Shown piece by piece: positions 26,341 through 37,127 of a stretch of 64,000 bases of DNA. Within the stretch, counting starts at the first letter, position 1; each line of letters opens with the position of its first letter. Source of the stretch: Dendrobates tinctorius (taxonomy: Eukaryota); NCBI RefSeq assembly GCF_039654945.1, contig NW_027361754.1, positions 29,264,001-29,328,000 of the forward strand, in the 5' to 3' direction. Made by a program: the position numbers and the translations under genes. The notes beneath the pieces were generated by a model, which searched no databases, was not told the DNA's origin, and was given only the letters and a program-made list of their open reading frames with translations.

Positions 26341-26843
26341 GCTTGTATGCGGTTTTGTATGTTTCATGGCCAATGTGAACTTGCGTTTTTTATGCTGCAT
26401 GTGTACCAACTCAAACCAAGCTCAATTTTTTTGTCTTTTTCTTTGTATTTTTGCATTCTGTGCAAGCTGCGGTGTGGCCTCCCTCTCTTGAGCTGGAAAT
26501 TGTATTTAAAGGCTTCCCCTGACTTGTGTCCTAGTGGTTGGGACCCGGTCCTTTTGTCTGCCCTTATTCACACACTGACGTCAACTTTGACACATGATAA
26601 GGTTTTTAATATTAGACAGTGTAGGACCACTCCGATCACAGAGTCACCTTGTCGTGGTGGGACGACTTTTATGCTATAATTGATAGAATACAGTATTACT
26701 AAGAACTCTGAATTATTTAGATGCACTTTTGCTTTTTATTTATTTAATTACAGCAGGGTTTTTCTCATTTTGCCTTTTGTAGGTTTTGTATGCTTCATGG
26801 CCAATGTGAACATGCGTTTACATGCTGCATGTATACCTGTGGG

Positions 26844-29250
26844 CAGGCCCGGATTGGCAATATAACCAACCGGGCATTTTCCCGCTGGGCCGCTGTCACG
26901 TGGGCCGCTTGCCAGCTGCTGCGGCCACTGTTGCTCCTGCCGCTGGCCCTCTGCGGGCATGGCGGTGATAGTTTCAAGTTCCTCCCGCACTGCAGGGAGA
27001 TAAGCCGCCACGCCCCCCCTCGCACCCCATCCTCGCCTTAGCATGAGATGAGACCCCCTCCCCCCTGCAGCCACTCAAAGTGTCGCACTCGCTTGCCTGC
27101 TCGCTCTGTTCACAGGACCTGTGATGAGGTCACAGGAGGGGAGGAGTCAGGGGGTCACATGATCAGGAGCCTTTGTCCAGACCCCCGATCATGTCACCCC
27201 TGACTCCGCCCCTCCTGTGACCTCATCACAGGTCCTGTGCGCTCAGCCTTGCCTCTACCGTCTGCAAGACTCTGCTTTGCTGTTGTCATGGTGCTGGTTG
27301 AGGTAAGTATGTGTGGGGTCAGGATTTACAGTGTGGATGTAGCAGAGCTGTGTGTGTATGAGGTGTACGGAGCGGAGCCGTGTGTACGAGGTGTACGGAG
27401 CGGAGCCATGTGTACGAGGTGTACGGAGCGGAGCCGTGTGTACGAGGTGTACGGAGCGGAGCCGTGTGTGTACGAGGTGTACGGAGCGGAGCCGCGTGTA
27501 CGAGGTGTACGGAGCGGAGCCGTGTGTGTAAGGGTGGTTTCACATTAGCGCTTTTTAAGCGCACGCACGGCCGGGGGTAGCTCCGCCCCCAAGCCGGCTC
27601 TCTGCCCGGCGCGCCCGCCCCTTGCTTGTATCGCCGCCTCCTAGCGCACAGCGGCGCCTGCGATCGGCGCACCCTATCTTTAGCATAGGGTGCGCAGATC
27701 GTGCGCAGGTCGTGCGCTAGTTGCGCTTTGACCTGCGCTGCGCACTTTTGACGGTGCGCCGTGCGCGCCAAAATCAAACTTTTCGGATTTTGGCGCGCAC
27801 GGCGCACCGTCAAAAGTGCACAGCGCAGGTCAAAGCGCAACTAGCGCACAGCCTGCACACGATCTGCGCACCCTATGCTAAAGATAGGGTGCGCCGATCG
27901 CAGGCGCCGCTGTGCGCTAGGAGGCGGCGATACAAGCAAGGGGCGGGCACGCCGGGCAGAGAGCCGGCTCGGGGGCGGAGCTACCCCCGACCGAGCGTGC
28001 GCTTAAAAAGCGCTAATGTGAAACCACCCTTAGAGGTGTACGGAGAGGAGCCGCGCGTGTACGAGGTGTACGGAGAGGAGCCGCACGTATACGAGGTGTA
28101 CGGAGAGGAGCCGTGTGTGTATGAGGTGTACGGAGAGGAGCCGCGCGTGTACGAGGTGTACGGAGAGGAGCCGCGCGTGTACGAGGTGGACAGAGTGGAG
28201 CCGTGTGTGTATGGAGTGGAGCCATATGTGTACGGGATGTACGGAGAGGAGCCAAGTGTGTACAAAGCATACAAAGCGGGCTTTTCCCACGGACACAGGA
28301 GTACACGGCGGAGTCCCGAGGAGCATTTTAAAACACACACATGACGTTCCACCTGAAGTGATGTGCTGGAAGCTGACCGGAAATGAGATAATTTCTTGAG
28401 GAGATTGTGACGGAACCAGGAATGCTTCACATCCATCACCGTGTCCTCCTCCGACAGCACAGACAGCAGGATCGCCTTGGAATCGGGGATGTCGGCCATG
28501 TGAGCGGATCATGATAGGTCCTGCACCGGGATGCTCAGGTGGGCACTACAATGGGAGCCGGGCTGCTATAGTATCTTTATAGAATCTTTCTTTATTTCTT
28601 TCTCTCTTTTTCTTTCTCTCTCTGTTCTTTCTTTCTCTCTCTAATCTTTCTTTCTTTCTCTCACTGTTCTTTCTTTCTCTCTCTGTTCTTTCATTCTTTC
28701 CCCTTTCCTTCTCGCTCTCTCTGTTTTCTTTTTTCTCTCTCTCTCTGTTTTCTCTCTTCCTTAGTGCCAGTCAGTGTGCCCATAATGCCAGCCACTGTGC
28801 TCTCAGTACCAGTCAGTGTGATCAGCAGTGCTAAATGGGTGCGATTAGGTGTGGACATGGGTGTGACTAGTTGTGAAATGGGTGTGGCTCAAAAATTTGT
28901 AGCGGCGCAGTCTTTGTCCGTCTTTCCCTTCTTCAAAAGTTGGGAGGTATGATAGGGGCAGCTATGACCAGGGGGTCTGGTTGCCCAATAGAGAGCAGTT
29001 CTGCCAGGAATTCTGGAATCATGCATACAAAAGGGGACAGAGCTTTGGGAGGAGTACTGTACCTAAAAGCAATAAATAGGACTGAGCTGAAATACTGAGC
29101 ACAGCTATGACTACATGTTATATAGTCGTGTTAATCTCCTCACTTCTTGTAAACTACAAGTGTACAAAGATATTATATAGTCACCATGTGACTAGTGGGC
29201 CTGTGTAACTTCAAATGCCAGGGCTGAATTTTAGTCCCAGTCTGGCCCTG
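26844..29250. mobile_element. Non-autonomous hAT element
   Basis: Ends CAGGCCCGGATTGG / CCAGTCTGGCCCTG; 8-bp TSD CCTGTGGG (26836-26843, 29251-29258); internal GTGTACGAGGTGTACGGAG array and a CT-rich tract. Confidence 0.9.
27532..28029. mobile_element. Fully palindromic CpG-rich PIF/Harbinger-type MITE
   Basis: GGGTGGTTTCACATTAGCG...CGCTAATGTGAAACCACCC; TAA/TTA flanks; near-identical ORFs on both strands; centre ~27780. Confidence 0.92.
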
Positions 29251-29252
29251 CC

Positions 29253-30008
29253 TGTGGGGAGGTTGAGCTGGGTACGGTTCTGTCTGTGATAGGAGACAGA
29301 GTTTGACAGCAGGTGTCATGTGGCAGTCTGCCCATCAGAGGTCACTGGAGAGCGCCGATGGCAGTGATTATGTAACTGTCATTTGAGTGTTACATAACTG
29401 CCAGAGGTCAAGGTGACTCTGATTGGGCAGAGGTGACTGTCAGGTGACAGAGGGTGGGGCTACCTGGTCTGTCTGAATAAATACTGAGGTAAGCTTCCAG
29501 AAGCTTCAGTCAGCCAGGGGAGCTCACAGGTTAGGAGAGTTTGTCACACAAAGGAGACCCCTCAGAGACTTTGGACAGTGGAAACGGTCACGAGGGGGTG
29601 ACCCTATAGGACATTGGTCACAGGCAGAGACGGCCTGTGAGGACCTGTATTATTGGTGGACTTTGTAAGGTGAAACGCCGTGTTGGATTGGCCTAGGGCA
29701 GCCACGGCAGATAGAGCCACGAAGTACGCCTGACGGAGAAAGTGTACAAGTGAAGGTACTCGGGCCTGTCTGCAGGAGGATAACAGTGTGAAACATCTGT
29801 TGTGTTTTGTTCTGGTCGTCGTGAGGGCGGCCAATAAAAGCAAGCCTGTTGAATAAAATTCCTGCCTCTGTCTCGTGCCTGTCGATGTCAAGAAGTGGGT
29901 CACCCCCCATTCCTGTGAGTACAGCACACCTCCGCTGCCTACCAGCCACACCACCTAAATACCACAGCACGCTACCCTCCGCCCCAGCCTGCCACCCGGA
30001 CCTCTACA
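29253..30008 (+). repeat. 5' LTR of element B
   Basis: High similarity to 32098-32852; TGTGGGGAGG...CCTCTACA; AATAAA near 29833 and 29852. Confidence 0.93.
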
Positions 30009-30010
30009 TT

Positions 30011-30027
30011 TGGCGTAGTCGGCAGGA
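30011..30027 (+). other. Primer-binding site complementary to tRNA-Ser
   Basis: TGGCGTAGTCGGCAGGA, 2 nt after the LTR; same PBS as element A. Confidence 0.92.
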
Positions 30028-30384
30028 GCCATCACCGCAAATACAACATCTTCAGCAGTAAGCCTGCGCCAGAAGAATCAAAGGACCCTAAGCTGTGTGG
30101 GTTGAAGATTTTATTTTTCCCTGTGGATTACAAAAATTGGACTGTGAATTGCTGGATTTCTGCAGGTGGATCTGGAGCGAAAAAGGCCTTGTTAAAAATG
30201 GCTGTGGCAATTTGGCACCAAAAAGAAGCACAGGAGTTTGCAGCCACCTTGGACTACCAGGAACAGCTGCTAGAGGAGCTGTTGCCTACCATCCATGCAG
30301 AGTCATCGGGCCTGGAGGCTGGCCCTGCCGGACGGCGGGGTGAAGAACATCTGCTGCTGAAGGAGCTGTGGGATCGACTGTCGG

Positions 30385-31104
30385 GTGCCGGGGAAGGTGA
30401 GCGTTACTCCGGCTCAGCTGGCGGCACTGCAGGCAGATCCCGCCCCCATGCCCCGTGTACGAGATACCGGCCCCCGGCCGCCTCGCCTGACCTCTCGTTC
30501 TTCAGCGACCCCGGCCCCGCCCCAGACCACCGCGGCCTACTCACCGGCATCCGCGGCTGCTGCTGCTCCATCCGTGGCCCCTGCTGCGGCCTTCTTGCCG
30601 GAGCTCGCGGCTGCCTTGATCCCTGCTGCGGCCTGCTCCGCGGCCTACCCGCTGATGCCTGTGGCCGCCTCTGTCCCTTCCGTGACTCTGGGTGCGGCCT
30701 GCTCCCCAATGTCCGCGGCCGCCTCTGCCCCATTCTTGGCCCCGACTGCGGCCCGCCCACTGGACTCTGTGGCCTACGCCGGACCCTCCACCTGGGTTGC
30801 GGAGATTAATGAACAGAAGGGGGCCAAAGAGTGGGAGGTGTGGGCACTGCTACACGAGAAAGGAGAGGCAGCCATGACTACCCCTCAATCATATGGGCGG
30901 CTTGTACATGCTAACACCGCTAAAGACTACGGGTTCATCTGGGACCTCGCCACTAGCCACAAAGACTACCTCAATGTGACCCCCATCGGACATGGACGGG
31001 CTCTGCGGGAGGGAGACCCGGTCTCCTATTACAAAGAATACTGCCTTTGTGGCTACTATACGGTAGCGGTCATCACCTACCCTGAGGGGTATGAGCCTCC
31101 ATAG
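30385..31104 (+). CDS. Cargo ORF of element B: Pro/Ala-rich linker + cold-shock-domain-like C-terminus (N-terminus probably frameshifted into ORF 30102..30809)
   Basis: YGRLVHAN-KDYGFI-KDYLN-LREGDPVSY-GYYTVAV matches the spacing of the CSD pattern GxVxWFN-KGYGFI-DVFVH-LxEGxxVxF-GxxAxNV; 49/101 identity to the element A ORF. Confidence 0.7.
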   Translation: MPGKVSVTPAQLAALQADPAPMPRVRDTGPRPPRLTSRSSATPAPPQTTAAYSPASAAAAAPSVAPAAAFLPELAAALIPAAACSAAYPLMPVAASVPSVTLGAACSPMSAAASAPFLAPTAARPLDSVAYAGPSTWVAEINEQKGAKEWEVWALLHEKGEAAMTTPQSYGRLVHANTAKDYGFIWDLATSHKDYLNVTPIGHGRALREGDPVSYYKEYCLCGYYTVAVITYPEGYEPP

Positions 31105-32097
31105 AAAGAGACAAGGACTCCTGTGTCTCGGGCATCAAGGACACTCGAGGCCCAGAGGTATTTTTAGCATCCCAGGGACTTCACGGCTGTGGAGTTCCCT
31201 GCTAATTGGCGAAACATCGGCCACCAGGAGGTGGGCCGGAGTATCCTGCTAAATGGACTGCCGGGGACTGTCGTACGCCGTTGCACTACCTGGGAACAGT
31301 TCAAAGTCCTCAATTGGGTAATAAGTGCCCACTCTTGGAGTAGCGGGGATGCATATGGGGGGAGTGCTCTGCTCAAAGGAAGGAGGATCACTAGTGTCCT
31401 TGTTTGTTAAAAATTTAAAGATGTTATGCTTTATTTAAAAAAAAAATGCTTTGCATAATGATACTGGTAGATATAGGTAACAAAACTAGTGAGTAATTTA
31501 AGCATAGTATGGCACTTAAAGTAGAATGTTGCGAAGAAGAGGGTAAATGTTGTACCCATCAAAAAGTATTGTATGTCGAAGCTATGTGTAATATGTATAG
31601 TGAGTTAGAAATGTTATTTGAAAAATGAAAATGTGTATTCAGCAGGTCCCGGGTATGTGGAATATGCCGACCCTGACGATGTTAAGCTGAAAGGACGACG
31701 GGACAGACAGAAGGCAAAATGGACCGGGTGCCTGAGTAAGAGAAGTCTGTGTGACACAGGAGTTTGTGTGACGCAGAGAGGTCTGTGCGACCGGGAGACT
31801 GTGTGACGCAGGGAAGACTGTGTGACAAGAGGTTCTGTGTGACCAAGAGTTATGTGACACAGAAGTTTGTGTGACGCAGAGAGGTCTGTGCGACCAAGAG
31901 TTGTGTAACACAGGAGTTTGTGTGACGCAGAGAGGTCTGTGTGACCAAGAGTTGTGTGACACAGAAGTTTGTGTGACTGAGGGTCTGTGTGACGGAAAGT
32001 ATGTGTGACTCAGGTGACGACCATGTCAGGTATTGACACCACGTTCATCCTCGGGATGCAAATTGTCGAGGACGACAATGCGCAAAGGAAGGGAGAA

Positions 32098-32852
32098 TGT
32101 GGGGAGGTTGAGCTGGGTACGGTTCTGTCTGTGATAGGAGACAGAGAGTTTGACAGCAGGTGTCATGTGGCAGTCTGCCCATCAGAGATCACTGGAGAGT
32201 GCCGATGGCAGTGATTATGTTACTGTCATTTGAGTGCTACATAACTGCCAGAGGTCAAGGTGACTCTGATTGGGCAGAGGTGACTGTCAGGTGACAGAGG
32301 GTGGGGCTACCTGGTCTGTCTGAATAAATACTGAGGTAAGCTTCCAGAAGCTTCAGTCAGCCAGAAGAGCTCACAGGTTAGGAGAGTCTGTCACACAAAG
32401 GAGACCCCTCAGAGAATTTGGACAGTGGAAACGGTCACGGGGGGTGACCCTATAGGACATTGGTCACAGGCAGAGACAGCCTGTGAGGACCTGGATTATT
32501 GGTGGACTTTGTAAGGTGAAACGCCATGGTGGATTGGCCTAGGGCAGCCACGGCGGATAGAACCACGAAGTACTCCTGAAGGAGAAAGTGTACAAGTAAA
32601 GGTACCCAGGCCTGTCTGCAGGAGGATAACAGTGTGAAACATCTGTCGTGTTTTGTTCTGGTCGTCGTGAGGGCGGCCAATAAAAGCAAACCTGTTGAAT
32701 ACAATTCCTGCCTCTCTCATGCCTGTCGACGTCAAGAAGTGGGTCACCCCCCATTCTTGTGAGTACAACACACCTCCGCCGCCTACCAGCCACACCACCT
32801 AAATACCACAGCACGCTAGCCTCTGCCCCAGCCTGCCACCCGGACCTCTACA
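32098..32852 (+). repeat. 3' LTR of element B
   Basis: Follows the PPT; direct repeat of 29253-30008. Confidence 0.93.
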
Positions 32853-32859
32853 TACCAAC

Positions 32860-33147
32860 TAGTGATGAGCGAGTATACTCGTTGCACGGGTTTTCCCGAG
32901 CATGCTCGGGTGATCTTCGAGTATTTTGGCGTGCTCGGAGATTTAGTTTTCGTCTTATCTTCATGATTTGCGACTGCTAGACAGCTTGAATACATGTGTG
33001 GAATGCCTGTTTGTTAGTGAATTCCCACATGTATTCAGCCTGTCTACAAGTTGCAAATCATGCAGATACAATGAGGAAATCTAAATCTCCGAGCACGCCA
33101 AAATCCTCGGAGGACACCCGAGCAAGGAGTATACTCGCTCATCACTA
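32860..33147. mobile_element. hAT-type MITE
   Basis: TIR TAGTGATGAGCGAGTATACTC / GAGTATACTCGCTCATCACTA; 8-bp TSD ATACCAAC. Confidence 0.92.
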
Positions 33148-33187
33148 ATACCAACTCAAACCAAGCTCAATTTTTGTTTTTTTTTGT

Positions 33188-33720
33188 TATCTGCTGTATG
33201 TAGAAGTGTTATCAGTCATTGTACAGGAGGAGGAGGGGACCTGTGACATCCCCTATTGTGAATGGTGGATCCTGTGTTATCTGCTGTATGTTGATGTGTT
33301 ATCAGTCATTATACAGGAGGAGGAGTATTTGAGCTGTGACATCACATATTGTGAATGGTAGATCTTGTGTTATCTACTGTATATAGAGGTGTTATCTGTC
33401 ATTGTACAGGAGGAGGACAGGAGCTGTGACATCACCTATTGTGAATGGTGGATCCTGTGTTATCTGCTGTATACAGAAGTGTGATCAATCATTGTACAGG
33501 AGGAAGAGGTGAGCTGTGATATCACCTATTGTAAATGGTGGATCCTGTGTTATCTACTGTATATAGAGGTGTGATCAGTCATTGTACAGGAGGAGGAGGA
33601 AGAGGTGAGCTGTGATATCACCTATAGTGAATGGTGGATCCCGTGTCATCTACTATATGTAGAGGTGTTGTCAGTCATTGTAGAGGAGGAGGTGAGGAGT
33701 GACATCATCTACTATGAATA
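33188..33720. repeat. Continuation of the ~80-bp satellite
   Basis: Same unit as 25781-26340. Confidence 0.9.
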
Positions 33721-34077
33721 GGTGTTCAGGGAGAAAACTGCAACATTTCAGTATTTTTATATAGATATTGACATGAAGAATTAAAAATGAATTTATAGCT
33801 TTAAATGTTTAACATAGAGGATTAATTCAAATCTTATCTGTCACCAGACTGCACATTATAAACTGAATAGATTATTAAATATATATTGCAGACTTGATGA
33901 GGCTGGTGTACTTTCTTTGAAAATCTACACCAGATGAGATTGTACAATCCCTTATGAATGTTTTACCATCTGAACATTTTTTAAATAAGGTGTTTATTAC
34001 AATATAAGAATTACCGGAATACCCAGCCATTCTGTCATGAATTTTCACAGCAAATACACGAGTTACATTAGGTCTAA

Positions 34078-34551
34078 GGCTGGATTCACATTTGCGGTTG
34101 TGTCCGCAGCGTTTCTGCATGTGTCATGTTTTGCTCTCTTTAACGTTGTGGATGCAGGTACATGCGTTTGCATGCGATCGACCACGTTTGACTATGCATG
34201 CGTCGTTTCGGGTTGTGTGGCGTGGTGCGGCTAACGCAACATGTTGCAATTTTGGAGGCGGCAAATTGCCACCTCCAAACGCATGCGGACGCTTGAGGAT
34301 GGAATGCATCTAAACAACGCATTACAGTCTATGGGAACGCATGCATACGCAAGCACATGCGTACGCTTTGCGTTTGCATATGCAAGAATTTACATAGGCA
34401 CGCCCATTGGACGTGGCTTGTGTACATTCAAAAATTTGCTGGGAAAATAGCACTTGCCAATCCACAACCGCAAACGCATGCATGCATTTTTGCATGCGTT
34501 TGTGGTCGCAGACAATACGCTGCGTACTCAACTGCAAATGTGAACCTAGCC
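34078..34551. mobile_element. PIF/Harbinger-type MITE
   Basis: GGCTGGATTCACATTTGC / GCAAATGTGAACCTAGCC; TAA TSD; GCATGCG-rich interior. Confidence 0.87.
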
Positions 34552-34701
34552 TAAGATACCTATTTAATAGTGTATTATAAATACATAAGAGAGACAGAAG
34601 ATTCCGCACTGCTCCTTAACCCCAAAGCAGTTCTATGACTGCTATTCAAGTTGAAAATCACACACCTGGACCGACCGCCAAAATACCCTCAGAACGGGTG
34701 C

Positions 34702-35504
34702 TGTTGTGAGTTCATTTTCCCCTTCACCATGGAGGTCTGATGAACTCCCTCTTCTGGTGAAGGAAGGTAGTGAGGCTGATTACAAAGCACCTGATCAGAA
34801 TGATGATGACTGGGTGACTGGGATTGCTGACTGGATATAAGGCAGCCGACGCCCTTCTGCCTTGCGGGTGATTACTCTGAGGGATTCTTGGAGACCAGTC
34901 TGATTCCTGCTCCTCAAAAGCTAAGTTTTCTGCTCTACTTTTTGCATTTGTGTTTTGGTTTTGTTTTGCCTTGTTTTTCTGGATTTCTGCCTTTCCCTGC
35001 TGGGTGAGCTGAATTCCTTTTTGCTCTGTCTTCAGATAATACCTGAGTACTGATATAGTCTTTTTGAAGCCTAGCGTCTTCAGGGTCTTTTCCTTTTCAG
35101 TCAGTTGGCTCTTGTTTTTGAGAGGGTTTTGGCGGATTGCAGACAGCAGCTTTTCTATTCTGTCCTATTTAGTTAGCTTGGGCCCCCATCATTTGCTCAG
35201 CCTATCTTTCTATCTGTGTGAGTGTTTTTTCATCTTGCTTCACCGTCATTATATGTTGGGGGCTGCCTATTGCTTTGGGGTCTGCTCTGGGGCAGTTTAG
35301 ATTTCCCTTTCTGTCTTTAGGCTATGTAGTTCTCCGGCTGTGATCGAAGGGTCTAGGGCACCGTAGGAACCCCCCACGGCTACTGCCTGCTAGTTGTTGT
35401 TGTTAGGTTCAGGGGTCTGCAATCCGATAGCTGCCAACTTCTCTGGTTTTCTGTACTTAGCTAGTATTTCTGTTTTTGCCTCCTACGGTGACTCATTCAT
35501 AATA
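34702..35504 (+). mobile_element. Solo LTR of the Gypsy family at 54652-60428
   Basis: Diverged reverse complement of 54652-55447; TGTTGTGAGTTC...TCATAATA; flanks GGGTGC/GAGTGC. Confidence 0.9.
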
Positions 35505-37127
35505 GAGTGCTCAATCCTGAAAAGAAAACATGTAATCTGATTTTGTACAAAAGAGAAAAAAAAAGTGATGGCACTCACTGTTCCTCCCATGCCAATGCCT
35601 TTTAATTAATAAAGAATTTTCACGACAGAATGGTGAGTGCCATCACTTTTTTTTTTTTCTCTTTTGTACAAAATCTGTTTGTATTATAAAACCTGATGAC
35701 ATATTCTCTTTAAACACTACCATTTTCTGATGGCTTTTTCTCTTTTAGAGCTGGGGTTGGAAGGTACATTACAAGTACACGCTTGCTGCTGTACAGTCAC
35801 TCAACAGTGGGGATACAATGTGTCATGGGACCTCTGTGCTGCTCTCTGCTGAATAGTCAAAGCTTCAAAACCATAAAGCATTGTAACACGAGAATCTCCC
35901 AGTCTACCGAACAGACAGGTTCCTTACTGACATCCACATTTACTGCTGCTCAATAATGAAAAACATTTCTGTAAAATGATGCACTTGTAGCCGATCATCT
36001 TTATTTATGTTTACATCCGTTTGCAATATTTCTGTGCTTCATTGCGTATTGCAACATACGTGATACAGTAAGTATGGATATCTGCTTCCATCAATCACAT
36101 GTGGCCATATATAAGATAAAGCAACGATCATAGGGGCAGATATTGACCCCATGGCTGTACCCTCTATCTAAAATGACTGGTAACAGATAGTATTAAATTG
36201 TAACTGCAAATTGCAAAGACACTGTTGCACATAGTATAACCTCCAGGTTGGCAGGTTCTGGTTCCATCAAGATATGAAGATTCTACAAATACAGAGTTAT
36301 TTGGAGACCCTTCACACGTCTGGTCAACTTTCCCCCAACTCAAAGAATTCTCACTCTTAATTACGTCTATAGATACCAACTTTATCCACCAGACCTCAAG
36401 TATAGCCACCAACCATGCTTCATAGCCGGCTTCGTCCAGCCATAGACAGAGTGAGTAGAGTAGAGTAGTCTGTGTCTCTCTCCAGCATAGTCTCTTCTAG
36501 GTCACCTCACTTACCTCTTGAAGTTTGTTTCCAGTTTCTGCCTTATTTTTATCTACCGGAGTTTACGTCTAAATCCACAGTCCGGTGGTAGAACAAGCCT
36601 TGCAGGTTACTTTCTTAGGCGGACACTCCTCTCTTCTGTCCCTATGACACACATTGCACGACAGCTGCACATACTAAACAAATAGCTGCACTTTCCCACA
36701 TTCTGGAATCTGCACTATGGGAAGTAGAATCAGTCCGAGCCGAAAACTATGGGATATATTTAACTCGCCGTACCAAAATAACAGATACAAGTGTCAGTCT
36801 CTGGGTGATCCTAGGAAGCTGGTGGGAAGTTCCACTAAGTTGTTATAATAGTAAAAGATCAGCTCCACATTGTCTATTACATACATACAAACATAAAAGA
36901 GATACATTGCAGTTTAGATACTAATAATGCAGATTTTGTCTTATTTTTGTTTATTTATTGTTTGAACAACTCCAAAAATCAGACAAGCAACATTTTTCTA
37001 GACACTGGAAAAAAAGCCAAATGAAAAAAATGAACGCGCTGTTTGTCTTTTTTGTTTCATTCATTTATTCATTTTTCGGTAATGTCACTGCACTTTTAAT
37101 TTTTTTCCCGTTTTCCAGTACACTATA

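Larger units (their letters stand above)
26838..32852 (+). mobile_element. Non-autonomous LTR retrotransposon 'B' (no recognisable gag/pol, CSD-like cargo ORF); 5' LTR interrupted after 6 bp by a hAT
   Basis: 4-bp TSD TACC (26834-26837, 32853-32856); LTRs 29253-30008 and 32098-32852 (TG...CA); tRNA-Ser PBS 30011-30027; PPT AAAGGAAGGGAGAA 32084-32097; 2.1-kb internal region. Confidence 0.92.

Noticed and set aside
9461-30420. N-terminal homology between the A and B cargo ORFs (AVWHQ vs AIWHQ)
   Set aside because: Too short, with frames disrupted; only the C-terminal 101 aa align convincingly.
25781-33720. Regular ~80-bp repeats (and the 63-bp array at 44770-45560) as CRISPR-like arrays
   Set aside because: Head-to-tail tandem units with no unique spacers, in a eukaryotic context with no cas genes.
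36061-36775. Possible solo LTR (TGATACAG...CCGTACCA)
   Set aside because: Weak terminal complementarity, no TSD and no second copy in the window.
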